The notes: generated by a model not told the origin, from the letters alone. Counted from the first letter of the whole stretch, positions 1 to 13,154 are shown. The stretch is DNA of 63,962 nt, filler included, from Basidiobolus ranarum (GCA_040143965.1; 3 parts of 3 records of this genome joined end to end with filler, not necessarily neighbours in it); one strand, 5' to 3'. Made by a program: numbers and translations.

Positions 1-201
1 AGTGTTTTCTCAGTAAGTGTTTTCTCTCCATTGAACCAATACAGTGTTCCTATTTGTTAGGAAGTGTTCCTTTTTGTTTCGATTTACTTCATAGATTATT
101 AAGTGCGCACGGAGTGTTTGTATTGGCTCTTATTCTAAGGTGGTTTGCCCAGGTACTTTCAAATATACTAAACAAGGACATTAAGTGATTTCTCATCATC
201 A

Positions 202-271
202 TTCCAAAGTATCCACGTTGTGGGGTGAATGGTAAGTTCCAAAGTATCTGCGCTGTGGGGTGAATGGTAAG
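202..271. repeat. Imperfect 35-bp direct tandem duplication
   Basis: ttccaaagtatccacgttgtggggtgaatggtaag is followed directly by ttccaaagtatctgcgctgtggggtgaatggtaag. Confidence 0.85.
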
Positions 272-611
272 GATAGACTCTTATGCTATCAGGTGTAGTG
301 GTTGAGTTTGAATGGCCAGAGAAGGATTTGGATTCCCGAACGAATATTCACATCAGACACATATATAGTCCGTCCTTATGAAGGTTATCATGAATAATGT
401 CGGCTAGTGGATTCTTCTAGACATAGCAACTTAACCTTCAGCCTTCTCTGATTATTAAAGTTTAAACGGGAAACGCCATGTAACCTCGATGTTAAGCGAA
501 TATTAAAACTGATTGGATATTTATCAATGAATCCAAAGGAAGAAGAATTTACAAATCAAAGGTTGAAACAAATAATACACAAGAAATTTCGATCACACTC
601 TAAAATCTCAT

Positions 612-3152
612 TCATGTCAGATGTTTCAGCATGCTGTAGGGAGCTGGTGGTGGTGGGGAAGGTTGTACTGGTAGCGTGGGTGGATTATTTTTTAGATTGG
701 GATAGAATGGGGGAAAATAAGAGTTGCTTGCATTATTTTGAATCCCATTATTTTGAACCTCACTATTACCATTGCTCTCATTCTTAGCGGTGTTAAACCT
801 TACATCCATTCCACCGTCATATTGGCCCACATATTCGTTCCATTCATCGAAATCAAACGACAATGGAACATTCCATATGGGAAGTGAATTGCCTTGGAGA
901 TTGCTATTGTTCAACACTTGACCAAACCCATTTGGCGTGTTAGCCGACATCTCAGTAATAGTGTTGGTAGGTACGACGGGGTTGAACCCTGATGTAGAAA
1001 TAGAATAAGGTCCCAATGGCGATAATGTGGTGGGGATTGTCCCGGAAATCGGTTGTCTATTAGGTGTAAATCCAATAGGGTTAGGGAATTGGGCAGCCAT
1101 TCGAGGTGGATACATACTACCAGACATTTGTAGCGAATGCACCCTAGAATTGACAGTGGAACCTGGGATATCACTTGGGTTGGTTCCTCCGACAGAAGCG
1201 GCTTGTGTCATGGCAAATTCGTTATTTTCTGACAACGAACTGGGAAGGCCAGTGGTTAAGACTGGACTGGGTTGATTGAACTCTTCTTCATTCAGTCGCA
1301 TACCTCTAGCATCAAGTAGACTCTTTAGTGTTACATAATACTTGCCAGCACTTCCCCAACGTCCTCTCACGATCTCCAGAATTTGAAGGTTCTGGTGTAG
1401 GCTTTTCTTTGCTGATTTGCTTAGCCATGGATCGTTAGACGTAGCGTTGATGAGGTGAACGGTACTTGAAGTGAACAATGGGAAAAGCACGAGAACAAGA
1501 AACTCTTCAAAATCAGGTTTTCCATGGCATGCTGCAGCGATCGCGGTGATACTATTGGCGGAAGTGGTGCAAATATGTAAGGATGGGTATGGAGACGGAA
1601 GAACCTTAGGTTTAGGCTTGGGGATATAGGGACGGTGAAGCAGAATCAAGGCGTTATGATAAAGAATATGAATATATGCTACAAGTGGAGCAGAAGGAGG
1701 AGTTCCAGCAAAATATTCCGAAGGTTCGTATTTCATACTACTGGGAAGCGACACTTGCCAGGTGTGTAATGCTGAATCTAGTTCCAAAAGGATCGATTCA
1801 CTACGAATAGGATTCTCAGTGGAAGTTCCACGAATAGCATAGATATTGTTCAATATTGAGCCCATGATTTCGTGAAGTTTGACAGACTGCACAAAGACTT
1901 TCATACAATATCCAGCCTCCGGATCAGACATCACCTGTGGAGAGTCCAACTCGAGGGGAGGAATATTAGGATAACTTGTATCGCAATGTCTATCATCAAT
2001 GCACAGCGGCCTTCCCATAGAAGAACTAGCTCCGCGATCAAGAATGTAGCAAGCCCACCAAACGCGCTTACGCGTTTCTCTGACACTATTAGATAATCTC
2101 TGTGTTTGCCATGAGTCAGGATTACGATGTAGCCCTAAATCTTCCGCAAGACGGATAGCCATTCCACTATAAATCCAAGATTTTATACCACCGTGTGTGA
2201 TTCGGAAGCAGATGGAAAGTAGAATCAAGGCTTGAACATTGGAGAGCGAGGTAACATCATATGACTCATTCAACAGACATTTGGCTCTACTGTAGAATAC
2301 CTCGAATCGAGCATTTTCTTTATGAAGCCATTCTCTTTCACGTGAGAGATTAGAAGATAATGCGAAGATCGAATTCAATAGTAACTTCGAAACCGAGTGA
2401 ACATTTTGCCGTAACTGACCATAGAAATCCGCCTTATGTAACAAAGGGAAGAATGGATTAATGTAAGTAAAATAAACATCCAGTAAATGCTCAAAGACTG
2501 GTGAAGCAGGAAGCACGTCGGTCTTATCTTCGGAACTCTCCTGGTTTGAGGACTCTTGAATAAACGACCGAAGAGAATCAAATGAATCCTCCATTTTCAC
2601 GTTATCTTGAAGAACATAGAAGCCGGAACTACCACCCATGTATCTCACTCGACCTTGTTCATCGAAGCTGAGTTGACTTGTATCATCTCCTAAGGATTCG
2701 ATGACAGGATCTGAAGCTAATACATCTCGAGGACTACTCTTTGAGGAATTAGTGAGAGGAGAGTTACATGCTGACTCTGAAGAATCTTTAGATATATGTG
2801 GACTCCGTATATGTTCATTTGATTTACTAGAACGTTGTGAATTGATTATCACGGCTGAATCATCGACTTCAATCTTACGAAGCTCAGCCATTATATTCTC
2901 GGCAACACGAGGATCACTCTGGGCAAGTCCACCTAGTAGATGCTCCATACGGTGTAGACGGTTTTCGATGGCTTCGATGTATCCCTTAGGCGGACCTCGC
3001 TTTTTGGTGACATCAAGATATGTACATTCAATATTAAGAACTTTACAATGACCACAACAAGGCTGTACACCATCACAACGAACTTTCTTTCGCCGACAAT
3101 GATCGCAAGCACGACTGACGCGTTGTCGTTTGTGTTCCTCACTACTAGTCAT
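612..3152 (-). CDS. Zn(II)2Cys6 fungal transcription factor with fungal-specific TF middle domain (846 aa, single exon)
   Basis: N-terminal ACDHCRRKKVRCDGVQPCCGHCKVLNIEC binuclear cluster followed by a coiled coil (IEAIENRLHRMEHLL). Middle-homology motifs 'GMAIRLAEDLGLHR' and 'RKRVWWACYILDR..SSSMGRP'. Low-complexity C-terminus. Confidence 0.95.
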   Translation of the reverse strand: MTSSEEHKRQRVSRACDHCRRKKVRCDGVQPCCGHCKVLNIECTYLDVTKKRGPPKGYIEAIENRLHRMEHLLGGLAQSDPRVAENIMAELRKIEVDDSAVIINSQRSSKSNEHIRSPHISKDSSESACNSPLTNSSKSSPRDVLASDPVIESLGDDTSQLSFDEQGRVRYMGGSSGFYVLQDNVKMEDSFDSLRSFIQESSNQESSEDKTDVLPASPVFEHLLDVYFTYINPFFPLLHKADFYGQLRQNVHSVSKLLLNSIFALSSNLSREREWLHKENARFEVFYSRAKCLLNESYDVTSLSNVQALILLSICFRITHGGIKSWIYSGMAIRLAEDLGLHRNPDSWQTQRLSNSVRETRKRVWWACYILDRGASSSMGRPLCIDDRHCDTSYPNIPPLELDSPQVMSDPEAGYCMKVFVQSVKLHEIMGSILNNIYAIRGTSTENPIRSESILLELDSALHTWQVSLPSSMKYEPSEYFAGTPPSAPLVAYIHILYHNALILLHRPYIPKPKPKVLPSPYPSLHICTTSANSITAIAAACHGKPDFEEFLVLVLFPLFTSSTVHLINATSNDPWLSKSAKKSLHQNLQILEIVRGRWGSAGKYYVTLKSLLDARGMRLNEEEFNQPSPVLTTGLPSSLSENNEFAMTQAASVGGTNPSDIPGSTVNSRVHSLQMSGSMYPPRMAAQFPNPIGFTPNRQPISGTIPTTLSPLGPYSISTSGFNPVVPTNTITEMSANTPNGFGQVLNNSNLQGNSLPIWNVPLSFDFDEWNEYVGQYDGGMDVRFNTAKNESNGNSEVQNNGIQNNASNSYFPPFYPNLKNNPPTLPVQPSPPPPAPYSMLKHLT

Positions 3153-4296
3153 TTTTAGGGAAAAAAGAGAATACTTCTATTTTTAACAATACTCTGGAAG
3201 AATATACCCCGTCAAGGGTTAATGTACGCAGTCAGAGTATCTAAAGCTGATTAATTAGATCAGAGAAGTAGAAACTCTGGGGATAGGGAGCAATATGAAT
3301 AGATATAAGTGTAGATATATATAACCACCTGTCAAATGTGGCACTAAAGACGCGACTACAGCAACAAAAATTCCAACTTCAGAATATATGGGAAATGTTC
3401 GGACTTTTCAATGTACGAAATAGACCCTCTACATTTCATTTATAATCCTACAGATCAAAAGCATGGCAAAACACTTAATGTCTCAAAATATCTCCAAATA
3501 CCGAAGTAGCCATCGCAAATCACCAATTCAGTCAGTAGAAATTTCGACTAAACGTCAATCAACGAGAATAGCAAATCTTAATTCCAAGAGTAGCGTATCT
3601 TCAATGCGTCAACCAACTACCCTGTCCCTGAAAGACTGTGAGTATCTATTACTGGATTACTTATGTGCGCAAGCTGAATCTATTACCTATTCCGATACAG
3701 GTCTAGCTTTGTATTCCCAAAAACCGACATGTAACCCGAATTCCCTACTCTTTCCTACTCGTCAGTGAGCATTTCCGACCCTTTCTCGTCAACCATCTAA
3801 AGATAACTGAGGGTAAAACCATTTAACCCTAATCAATATGAAATGGCTTTTCGTCCAATTTAGTCACCTTGATGTCATAATTGATATTGTTTGCTCATCA
3901 CTTCTAGATGTGGGTTAGGTTACCGGGTTTTACCGAAGATCTCCGATTCAGGTTTGTTGAATTTGGTTTATCCAAGTTGCTAGAATCGTGGTTGTTCTAA
4001 TAGCTATCTGTGTCTGGATTGGACCTACTCCTGAGTTACTATCTTAATCTACTCATCCAAATAGGATAGTATATACTCAGCTAAAAAGGGTAATATCTCT
4101 CGGCCAAACAGGGTAATATCTATCCTTTATAAAACCGAAATCATCAAGAAAGGCCAGGTTAGATCAAGAAAGACCAGGTTAGCAAAAACTATAGACAAGA
4201 ATACTGCTGATGACGAAATTTTTCCCAGTGTTGCCAAAAATAGCTGATATTCAATACACGTGTAATTATCAAAAGGCAAATTTTGACTACACCATA

Positions 4297-4438
4297 TATT
4301 TCATATGTATAGGTAGAGTATATCTATCGTATTTCGTATGTATAGGTAGAGTATATCTATCGTATTTCGTATGTATAGGTAGAGTATATCTATCGTATTT
4401 CGTATGTATAGGTAGAGTATATCTATCGTATTTCATAT
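4297..4438. repeat. 33-bp minisatellite, about 4.3 copies
   Basis: Unit tatttc(g/a)tatgtataggtagagtatatctatcg starts at 4297, 4330, 4363 and 4396, plus a partial copy. No spacers. Confidence 0.95.
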
Positions 4439-5205
4439 ATAGTGTTTTTTCCGGATGTTCTAGAGCAGGTGATCTCTTTTTATCAAAATATCTACTTATC
4501 ACTCCGTGGATGCAACCATGTTAACAGGTTTCAAAGTCGTTTGGTTTGCTTGTTAATTATTGCTTAAATTATTGTTTAAATTACTTGCTTGTTGTTTAGG
4601 CCATTAGGCTAGTATGTTACATAAATCAATTGATTTCCCATTGCTAGTGAACAACTCTAAAGCCCCAACATTTGTTGGATGTTCTTAAGAGTTTTTTTAG
4701 ACAGCAATATAGTTTCTTCATGAGTTAAGCGGTGTTTGGGTTTGCAAAGGAGAGAAATATGGGAAAATATTGTTACTTGCGTAGATGGGAAAAATATTGT
4801 TGCGTAGGTGAATGGAAAATCGTATCCTAGAATAAACAAGGTTTTCATTTATTTATCTCTAAACCATGTAAGGCTAGTCATTAGTTTGCATACTTGTGAG
4901 TTTAAGGAACCCGCGGCAAAACCCCATAATTAGCTTTGAGTATTCTACAATTGCGTTTCTGCTTTGAGTATTCTACAATTGCATTTCTGCTTTGAGCTCA
5001 ACATAGTCGCCAACAATTCATCTATGAAAATCTTCGTATAGAACATTCGCCATCAAATATTAGCTGACAATATACTAGCTTAGAATTCGATAGGTATGGA
5101 TCCAAGATGTGATCAGATCCAGATCTAGTAGAATATTTGGTTGGAATATGGTGAGTGTAGAAATGTGTAGACGAATATTTCATTTCTTACTCAACCGTTA
5201 ACAAT

Positions 5206-5823
5206 ATGGTAAGAATCTCCGAATTTGACGAAAGAACCAAACATAAACCTCGTCCACGTAAACCACTCTTAGATGATATACCAGACATAGAAAAACATCG
5301 TATCATCGAGGAAACTGGCATTCTAAAGCAAGTGAAAATCCCCAAACCTGAAAATCAACCACCTCCGGAAGGTTACTTTTTGCAAGCATTGTTGTTCACT
5401 ATACCTTTTACCGCATTGTTTGGACTCTTTGAAGCGTTGGTTCATCAACAGTACAATAATACTATCACTATAGGGATGATATTTCAAAAGATGGCCAAAG
5501 TATTCCCAGGTAATGTTCTTTACCATATTGTAAAGAGAAGACCATGCTAAAGTGGACTTTTTTTATTAGGTTTATTACTTATCATCTACCTCACTTGTCG
5601 TTTCCGTCACTCGAAAATCATGACTCCCGCACTTACAGTTGTTGGCTCTATGTCAGGATGTTTCCTTCTTCATGTGATGCACAACGATCCTGCCTTTGGA
5701 GTCATGCTGCGTTGCCCAGGTTTAGCAACATTCTGGATTTATTGTATCTTTCAACTTGACATAATTCCTTGTCTAGTTAGTTTGTTGCCAGTAGGATGTT
5801 ATTATTATTTTTATTATGTGTAA
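5206..5823 (+). CDS. Small multi-pass membrane protein of unknown function (2 exons; intron 5510-5569)
   Basis: ORF 5206 splices via gtaatg...ttattag in frame into the ORF ending at 5823. Charged N-terminus (PLLDDIPDIEKHRIIEETGIL) then several hydrophobic helices. Confidence 0.75.
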
Positions 5824-7018
5824 TTTATTCATTTTTTCTGTTCCTTTGGATAGAATAAAAATCATACATCTTTTGTCATATTGAATTGATTGTTATGAAG
5901 ACATGGGTGGGTCCCCTTAGATTGTAAAACATCCCTTAGTGTATTTTGGAAAATTTTCAATGAAATTTTATTAAAATCTACATGTACCATCAATGCCAAC
6001 TCTTACAAACTCATTGCCTCCGGACCTAGTCAACTTTTCAAGAAGATAGATAATGCTTTTTTCGTAACGTACGATACGCAGACATTGTCGCTTATAATTC
6101 GGATACGCTATAGCTGGTGCAGTACAGATATGTCCATTAACGTATTTAAGGACGAGCTCAAATCATAGAAGAACCTTGCTTTATCGGTCTCATGATTGCT
6201 CCGATTTTCTTAGCTCTCTGTTGAGTGAAGGTCAGAATGAAATCGCAAGCCAGGTCGCGTAAATGCGCGTCAAGCATCACCACAATAGTGCAAAGCTGTA
6301 ACACTATACCAATTAGGATAAATATTTTCGTTAAAGGTATATACAGCTAATTGTAAACAATATTGCAAGCAATATTTATTTATCTTTTTTTTCAATTTTA
6401 GAATCTATGGTCCTTTAGTTGTCTATTGATACAATAACTCCTTACGGTTGGGAGCACTACTATTTACTGAGCTAATGGTTATTTCTGACGAACGTTAGGA
6501 TATTAAAAGTAAGTATACATTTCGTTCTTCTCACCGGGTTATGAAAATTGGGGACTTGTCAAGAAAAGAAAGGATAACAACTCTATTATGGAATTGAGAG
6601 CCTTTCTTTTCTTGTCATACACTAACATTGTGAAGTCTCATCCGACGTGACCCAAGATTAAAAATACTGACCTGCTGAAGACCTGACATATTGAATATCG
6701 TGATCAAGGACAGATACCAGGTCAACATAAATAGTTTTCAAAAATAATGTTCATTAACCTTGACTTCTTTCACTATAGGTTGGTCTACATTTATTTTATC
6801 GAAAGAATACATTTAATAAAAAATATTTCAAAATCATCGTGGGTATGGGTATTAGTATAGGTATAGGTAATTAATTCTAGTGAACAAAGGGTGAAGGAAA
6901 GGTGAAGAAAGGATGGAATTACTATGAAAGAGGTTGTTATAAAGATCGAGTTAAGAATTCATTTAGTACTTAGGGTTAGCCACCTCACTTCACCCCACTG
7001 GGGGGTAATTCAATCGTT

Positions 7019-7979
7019 TTAGTAACTGGTTTGTGCCATAAAGAACTAGATGATAATCAGGTTAAGGCCAATCATCATACTGCAACTGTATGGGTTATAT
7101 ATATATACATACCTCAAGATCGTCAAACACAGATAGCCTAGGGATTTCTGGGAGATCAAAGGGGTTAAGTGGGACGCTCATTCGATACCCAGCTTTTAAT
7201 AGGTCACCGGTTTTAGGGACAAGAGCAGAATAGTGTTTTGGATTATTCCCGTAATCAGGGTTATTTTCCTGATACATCTCCAACAAATCCTGAAGAATCT
7301 CTGGGTTCTCCAGGAGGGTGTTTTTACTCAGTTGAGGAGCGGTTATATTCGAGTCAAGTGTCTATCGAGACACAGTGAAACGACAAGTTAATAAAATGGC
7401 ACTTTTCAAGCATTTGTTCATACTAACCGTAATCATGCCAGTAGAATCATCAAAGCTGATATGCGCAGTGTGATTAAAGTTGGTAGGATTGGAAACCCCT
7501 TTCATTGGGGATCGCTACAGATACAAAAGTATTAATATGATATACTTACAAATGGTAACCGAAATTGACAGTACCTTGTAAATAGCGTCCATCCAAGACC
7601 ACATTTCATCGTCTGATTTGAAGCTGATAAAGAGTGTTCTGAGTTCAGTCGCCACTTTGACACAGTAAGTTCGACTACTGCACCGTTCCAAGTCCCGGAT
7701 TTCTTCAAAAAATAGGGTCTCCAGTGCCTTGTCTTCGTTCTTTTAGTAAAGTTAGTAAGGAACACAATAAATAATCCATGGATATTAAACCTGTTGCTTA
7801 TGAATAGTAACGCATGTATTCTTGAGCATGACCAAGCGTTTCGACCACAACCAGCTAGTCATACCTGTCCCTCGAACAGATAAATAGCCCCGCTTGATTG
7901 CCTCCATGGCCATCGCATTCTCTGGAAATTCCGGAGGAATGGTGGCAGTGCTAGAGATGGTCGAAGGATATCCGGTCAT
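7019..7979 (-). CDS. PH + CRIB (PBD) domain protein resembling the Cla4/PAK N-terminus, with no kinase domain (5 exons)
   Basis: Spliced translation gives a PH domain (AIKRGYLSVRGTGMTSWLWSKRLVMLK ... LFISFKSDDEMWSWMDAIYK) and a CRIB motif (GVSNPTNFNHTAHISFDDSTG). It ends LSVFDDLE|FFMAQTSY*. All junctions are GT-AG. Confidence 0.75.
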
Positions 7980-8296
7980 TTTATAGCGGAATACTTGAAC
8001 TACTCGATAGAAATGGAGTTTGATCACACAATCTCCAGAGAGTTGAAAAATCAATGAGGAAGGAGTTGAATAGAGATGTATCCACTTTATCACAGATTGA
8101 GTAAAGCTAGAGAAATAGAGAGACAGATGAAGTGGTTGCAAAGAGTAGAAGAAGATCTCCAAGAGAGCTTTTAATTGATCTGAATGTGACTGAAGCGTGA
8201 AACTTGCTCCATCTCCTACCTATCGTCCTTCACACAGCATGATTGGGAACGGAGAGCAGAAAAGGAGTAATTTTAATAAATAAGCTCCATCGTACA

Positions 8297-8370
8297 CTGT
8301 TTGATGTAATCTGTTCTCTTTCGTAGGCTGTTTGATGTAATATGTTCTCTTTCGTAGGCTGTTTGATGTA
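8297..8370. repeat. 31-bp tandem repeat, about 2.4 copies
   Basis: Unit ctgtttgatgtaat(c/a)tgttctctttcgtagg repeated in tandem. Confidence 0.85.
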
Positions 8371-8957
8371 CTTGGTTCATTGTGCTGAACACGTTCTGCT
8401 TGCACACTCATTGCGATCATTTCTTTTCTCTACACGACAACGTGCACTATTTGTTAAGTGAGTAGATGTTGGGGTATGGATGAGTATTTTACTTTCAATC
8501 TTTCCTAAAACAGGGAACAGGGGGAGGAAGAGAATAAAGGAAAATTACTTAAATCATTCTTAATAAATTAGTGTTCCGTCCCTTTTTGCTGTAGAACATC
8601 AAACGGTGTTGTTGACAATTAATCTACTCACTTTAAATATGGCAATGTAAGAATTATGGTAAGAATTGACTAATTCGGATGGATTCTTGCATATTGTGAG
8701 TTCACCTCATTCTTTATTTGGCCAAGAATACAAAGAAAGTCAAATGAATGGCCAATCAGCAGTTGTTGATAACCTTAACAAGTTAAGATGTTACTCAAGT
8801 TTTTGATTGTATTGGGGACGTGAAATAGGGTTTCTTGGGATTTTGGTCCAAATCGAGCGAAAGAACGCATGCCACTGACAAAATGTATAGTATTAATATC
8901 GCGGAAAATTACTTTCAATCTTGACCCAACCTCTTCTCTTCACTTGAGTACACTAAC

Positions 8958-10319
8958 ATGAACGAAACTGGCCTGAGGAAACCTGTGGTTGCTGAAACCA
9001 GGGTCCGCAAAGATTACTTTGCTTTTCTTAAAAATCGTAAGTTTTTACTTGCTTTCGCAATCGGTCAATACTTGTCATTATGCACCACTTCTACCAGTAT
9101 CGTGAGTACGGAACTTGCGAACCGAAAACAAATCAATATCCCCTCTACTCAAAGTTTTCTTGTTTATGTTGGACTTGCGTTGGTCTATTTATCCTTCACT
9201 TTTTATAAGGTGGGCTCTCGTGGTGTCTGGAAAATATTGAAGAAAAGTGGTTGGAAATGTAAGTACCAATGATAGTATTTCTTGGTTAGAAGTAGTAAAA
9301 CTTTCTTTATATGCAATAATTGAACTACTTTCTTCATTGCTCACAAATTCCCGTTAACCTAATTCCCTCTATCTATAGACTTGATTTTGGCTATAATGGA
9401 TGTAGAGGCCAATTATTTTACGGTGAAAGCCTTTCAATATACCTCTATGCTGAGTATAATGCTGCTTGATGTGTGGGCCATTCCAGTGGTTATGTTCTTA
9501 AGTTTCTTTATGCTTAAAACTCGGTACAGAATAGTCCAATACGTTGGTGTAGCAACAGCTCTAGTGGGCATTGGGCTACTGATTTTATCAGATGTATTGG
9601 CTGGCCGTATTACACCTGGTACACAAAGAGTTTACTTAGCTGTCGAATAAGCCATAGGTTTTTGACTAAAGTTGCATATTACTATTAGGTGGAGACTCTG
9701 TCAGAGGAGACTTATTTTGTTTACTTGGTGCCACCTTGTATGGATTTACTAATGTCACCGAAGAGTATCTGGTCCGCAGTCGGCCAGTGTATGAAGTCAT
9801 TGGAATGCTTGGATTGTTTGGAACCATAGTAAATGGAGTTCAATTGTAAGTTTAGCTATCAATTTATGTCAATACCTCTTGTTAAATCTTCTATTTAGAG
9901 CGGTATTAGAACGATCTGAGCTTGCTGGTATGACTTGGGATGGAGAGACTGGTAAGTGAAGAGTCAAAAACTACCACTCATGATTGTTACTAATTGCTGG
10001 CGAACTAGTTGGTTTTATTATTTTGTTTAGCGCCCTCCTTTTCTCTTTCTACTCCATCGCCCCGATACTGTTCCGCCTTAGTTCATCTACTTTCTTTAAT
10101 ATCTCTATGCTCACTTCTGACTTCTATGGACTGATATTTGGCTTAATTCTTTATCATTACACTCTTCACTGGTTATACCCAATTGCATATGTCGTCATTA
10201 TCTGTTCCATCATCATTTATAACTTAACCTCTGCTTCTACTGAAGACTTAGCCAAACAACCTCCACAATTAATTGATACTTCGGATCCAACAGTAACCAT
10301 AGACCATATATCTGAATAG
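8958..10319 (+). CDS. SLC35F1/F2-like (DUF914) DMT-superfamily transporter, multi-exon
   Basis: Motifs 'GQYLSLCTTSTS', 'DVEANYFTVKAFQYTS..S.MLLD.WAIP', 'GDLFCLLGATLYGFTNVTEEYLV' and 'SSTFFNISMLTSDFYG' across spliced exons. Confidence 0.9.
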
Positions 10320-10539
10320 GTGTTAATAAAAACCATTGAATAAATATGACCAAGCACGTATAACCATTTTCCCATTTACTGGAACTGCGGAATCTCACGC
10401 CACTCGGTAAACTCGGCAAATACCCCTTATAGGCTTTCTGCCTTTTCGTTTTTTAATTGGTTGACGAATACGTATATTCTAAGGTAGATTTTATTTATAA
10501 CCTTAAAGGCCAAAGGCAGAGTTTCAACTTCACTATAAC

Positions 10540-12326
10540 ATGGAGCCTAGTAACGATTACATAAAAGTGTCAGAGATCCCACAGGTACGATTTGCTCTCC
10601 CTTGAACGATAAATCCCTACATAGGTTCTTATATTTTTTATCACTTAAACAGGTTGTTAAAGAACTTCGGGATGTTTACCGCTCTGGCTTAACCAAACCT
10701 ATAAGCTTTCGTAAACAACAATTGAAATCTCTATACAATATGCTGGAAGAGAACTTTAGTCTTTTTCATGAAGCTATGAGTAAAGATCTTGGTAAACCAC
10801 TTGGAGAATCCAAGTTTTGTGAGATCAACTATGCTATGAACGACATCGCTGAGATGCACGATAACTTGGATACTTGGTCCAAACCTGAAGTTCCTTCTTT
10901 ACCTTTATTTGCTAAGCTCGATAGTCGCGGTGAGATCCGTAAAGAACCTTTGGGATTAGTGTTGATCATTGGTGCTTGGAATTATCCTATTACCCTTACA
11001 CTTGGTCCAATGACTGGAGCTATCGGTGCTGGTAATACCATCATTCTTAAGCCTTCTGAGGTGTCTGGTAATACTGCTAAATTGTTGGCTGAATTGATTC
11101 CAAAATACTTGGATTCTCGGGCTTACCGTGTTATGAATGGTGCGGTCGAGGAAACCACAGTTCTGTTGGAACACCAATTCGATCATATTTTCTACACCGG
11201 TAATGGAGTAGTAGGAAGGCATATCATGGCTGCTGCAGCAAAGCATCTTACTCCAGTAACCTTGGAGTTGGGAGGAAAGAGTCCAGTGGTGATCTGTAAA
11301 GGAGTTGATATGTGGGCTACTACCAGACGTATCGCATGGGGTAAATTTATCAACGCTGGACAAACATGCGTTGCACCCGATTATATTCTTATAGAGAAAT
11401 CATTGGAAGATCAATTCATCGAAGAAATGTCTAATACATTAAAGAAATTCTTTGGTGAAAATATTGAGGAATCTCTAGACTTTGGACGTATCGTTAATGA
11501 GAAACATTTCGATAGAGTCTCGGAATTACTCCATAATGGTCATTCTGGGAAAATCGCTATCGGTGGTCAATCTAATAGGGAGAAGAAGTATATCGCACCT
11601 ACTATCATTAGGGGTGTTAAACTCGAAGATAAGATCATGCAAGAGGAGATCTTTGGACCTCTCCTTCCAATCGTTACAGTGGAAAATACCCAGGAAGCCA
11701 TTGATATCATTAACTCCAAGTAAACTCACTTTATAGGTGATTTACGTGACATCCTTCTAATGTCTTCTTTGTAGAGATCACCCCTTGACTATGTATGTCT
11801 TCACTCCAGACAAGAAGAAGGCCCAAACAAGTAAGTAATTCAAACACATGAACCATAAATGACCTGTCGACTGACTCTCTTCAGTTCTTGATAATACTCA
11901 ATCTGGCGGTGTTTGCGTAAATGACACTTTGGTGCAAATGGCTGGTAAGTAGGAATTGTTGATCCCTTCTTGTTGTACTTTGATAACCTAACGAGCATCA
12001 CCATTCTAGTATCAACACTACCATTTGGTGGCGTTGGAGGCTCTGGAATGGGATCTTATCACGGAAAGAAGTCCTTTGATACTTTCACCCATCGCCGCTC
12101 CGCTTTAATTCGAAAAATAGCATTTGACCAAGTTAACGACGTTCGCTACCCACCTTACACTGAAGGAAAACTCGATGTTGGATTAAGTTTGATGTTTAGC
12201 AAGCCCAGCTGGAAGCGTAAGTTCAAGTTAAGCACCATTTTCTACACTGCCATCGCAGTTATTGGAATCGCCACATTCGTCCGTAAAGAAGGAATCAACA
12301 CTTTACGTCGCAAGTTAGGATTTTAA
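10540..12326 (+). CDS. Aldehyde dehydrogenase family 3 (fatty aldehyde dehydrogenase, Hfd1-like) with C-terminal membrane anchor
   Basis: Motifs [30 protein letters not shown], catalytic [40 protein letters not shown], then a hydrophobic tail. Short first exon starts at ATG 10540. Confidence 0.93.
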
Positions 12327-12650
12327 ATGATTTTATCAATAACCAACATGTAAGGGAAGTGCTCCCCTCAATCACAATAATAAAAAGATATATGATAATG
12401 ATATAGTGCGGTCAACATCCTTTAAAGTAATATCGGATGTACATCCATGGATATGATGAGTGAATCTTATAGCATAAATAGTATCCACTTTTCTCTAAGA
12501 AATCCATTTATTTCCCCTTCCCCTTAATAGTAAGAGATACTGGAAGTAAATAAACGATGGAAAAAAGGGCCGGATGAAATACAAGAAGAATGCAGGGATT
12601 GTATATGAGTTATGAAAAGAGACTGAATAACATATATTGGTGAATTCTTT

Positions 12651-13154
12651 CTAGGTCTTATCTGGTCTAGCTACAACATCCTCCAACTTGCTACCCAACT
12701 TAATAAAGGTATGACGAATCACTCTAGGGTCTACTTTTAACTTGGCATCCATAGTAGTGAGAGTGCTAGGGTTAGCATCGAAGTGCATCAACCAATATCT
12801 AGTAAAAAATATATGGTAAACTTGATTAGAAAAAAACTCAAAATCACCAAAGTAGTCTCTCTATGAACTGAACTCCAAGAAATACTAACCTTCCTTCATT
12901 GTGATATGTTTGGTGACGCTTCATACGATAGGGGAGAGCTTGTTCACCCATATTTTCGAAGCTACGAACAACGCCCCCACGCTCCATAACTTGGGTAGCG
13001 GTCTTTCTGAGAAGATCGGCAAGATTAGGCTAGAATGAGTGGAAAAAGTAACCCCCCGATTAATAAAAGTAACATAAAAGAAAAGAGAATATTCAAGTTT
13101 CTTTACCTCGGAAAGACGAGCTCTGGAAATGCACACTAATTCGTAAAAAGGCAT
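12651..13154 (-). CDS. MRP17: Mitochondrial ribosomal protein bS6m (3 exons)
   Basis: MPFYELVCISR ... GGVVRSFENMG..LPYRMKRHQTYHNEG|YWLMHFDANP ... LKVDPRVIRHTFIKLG. Confidence 0.88.

Noticed and set aside
612-3152. Zn2Cys6 factor as the pathway regulator of the NRPS
   Set aside because: It is on a different contig, two artificial linkers away, with no evidence of linkage.
4297-4438. 33-bp repeats as a CRISPR array
   Set aside because: The units are contiguous with no unique spacers, there are no cas genes, and the context is eukaryotic. ORFs 4210-4524 and 4287-4502 are just translations of the repeat.
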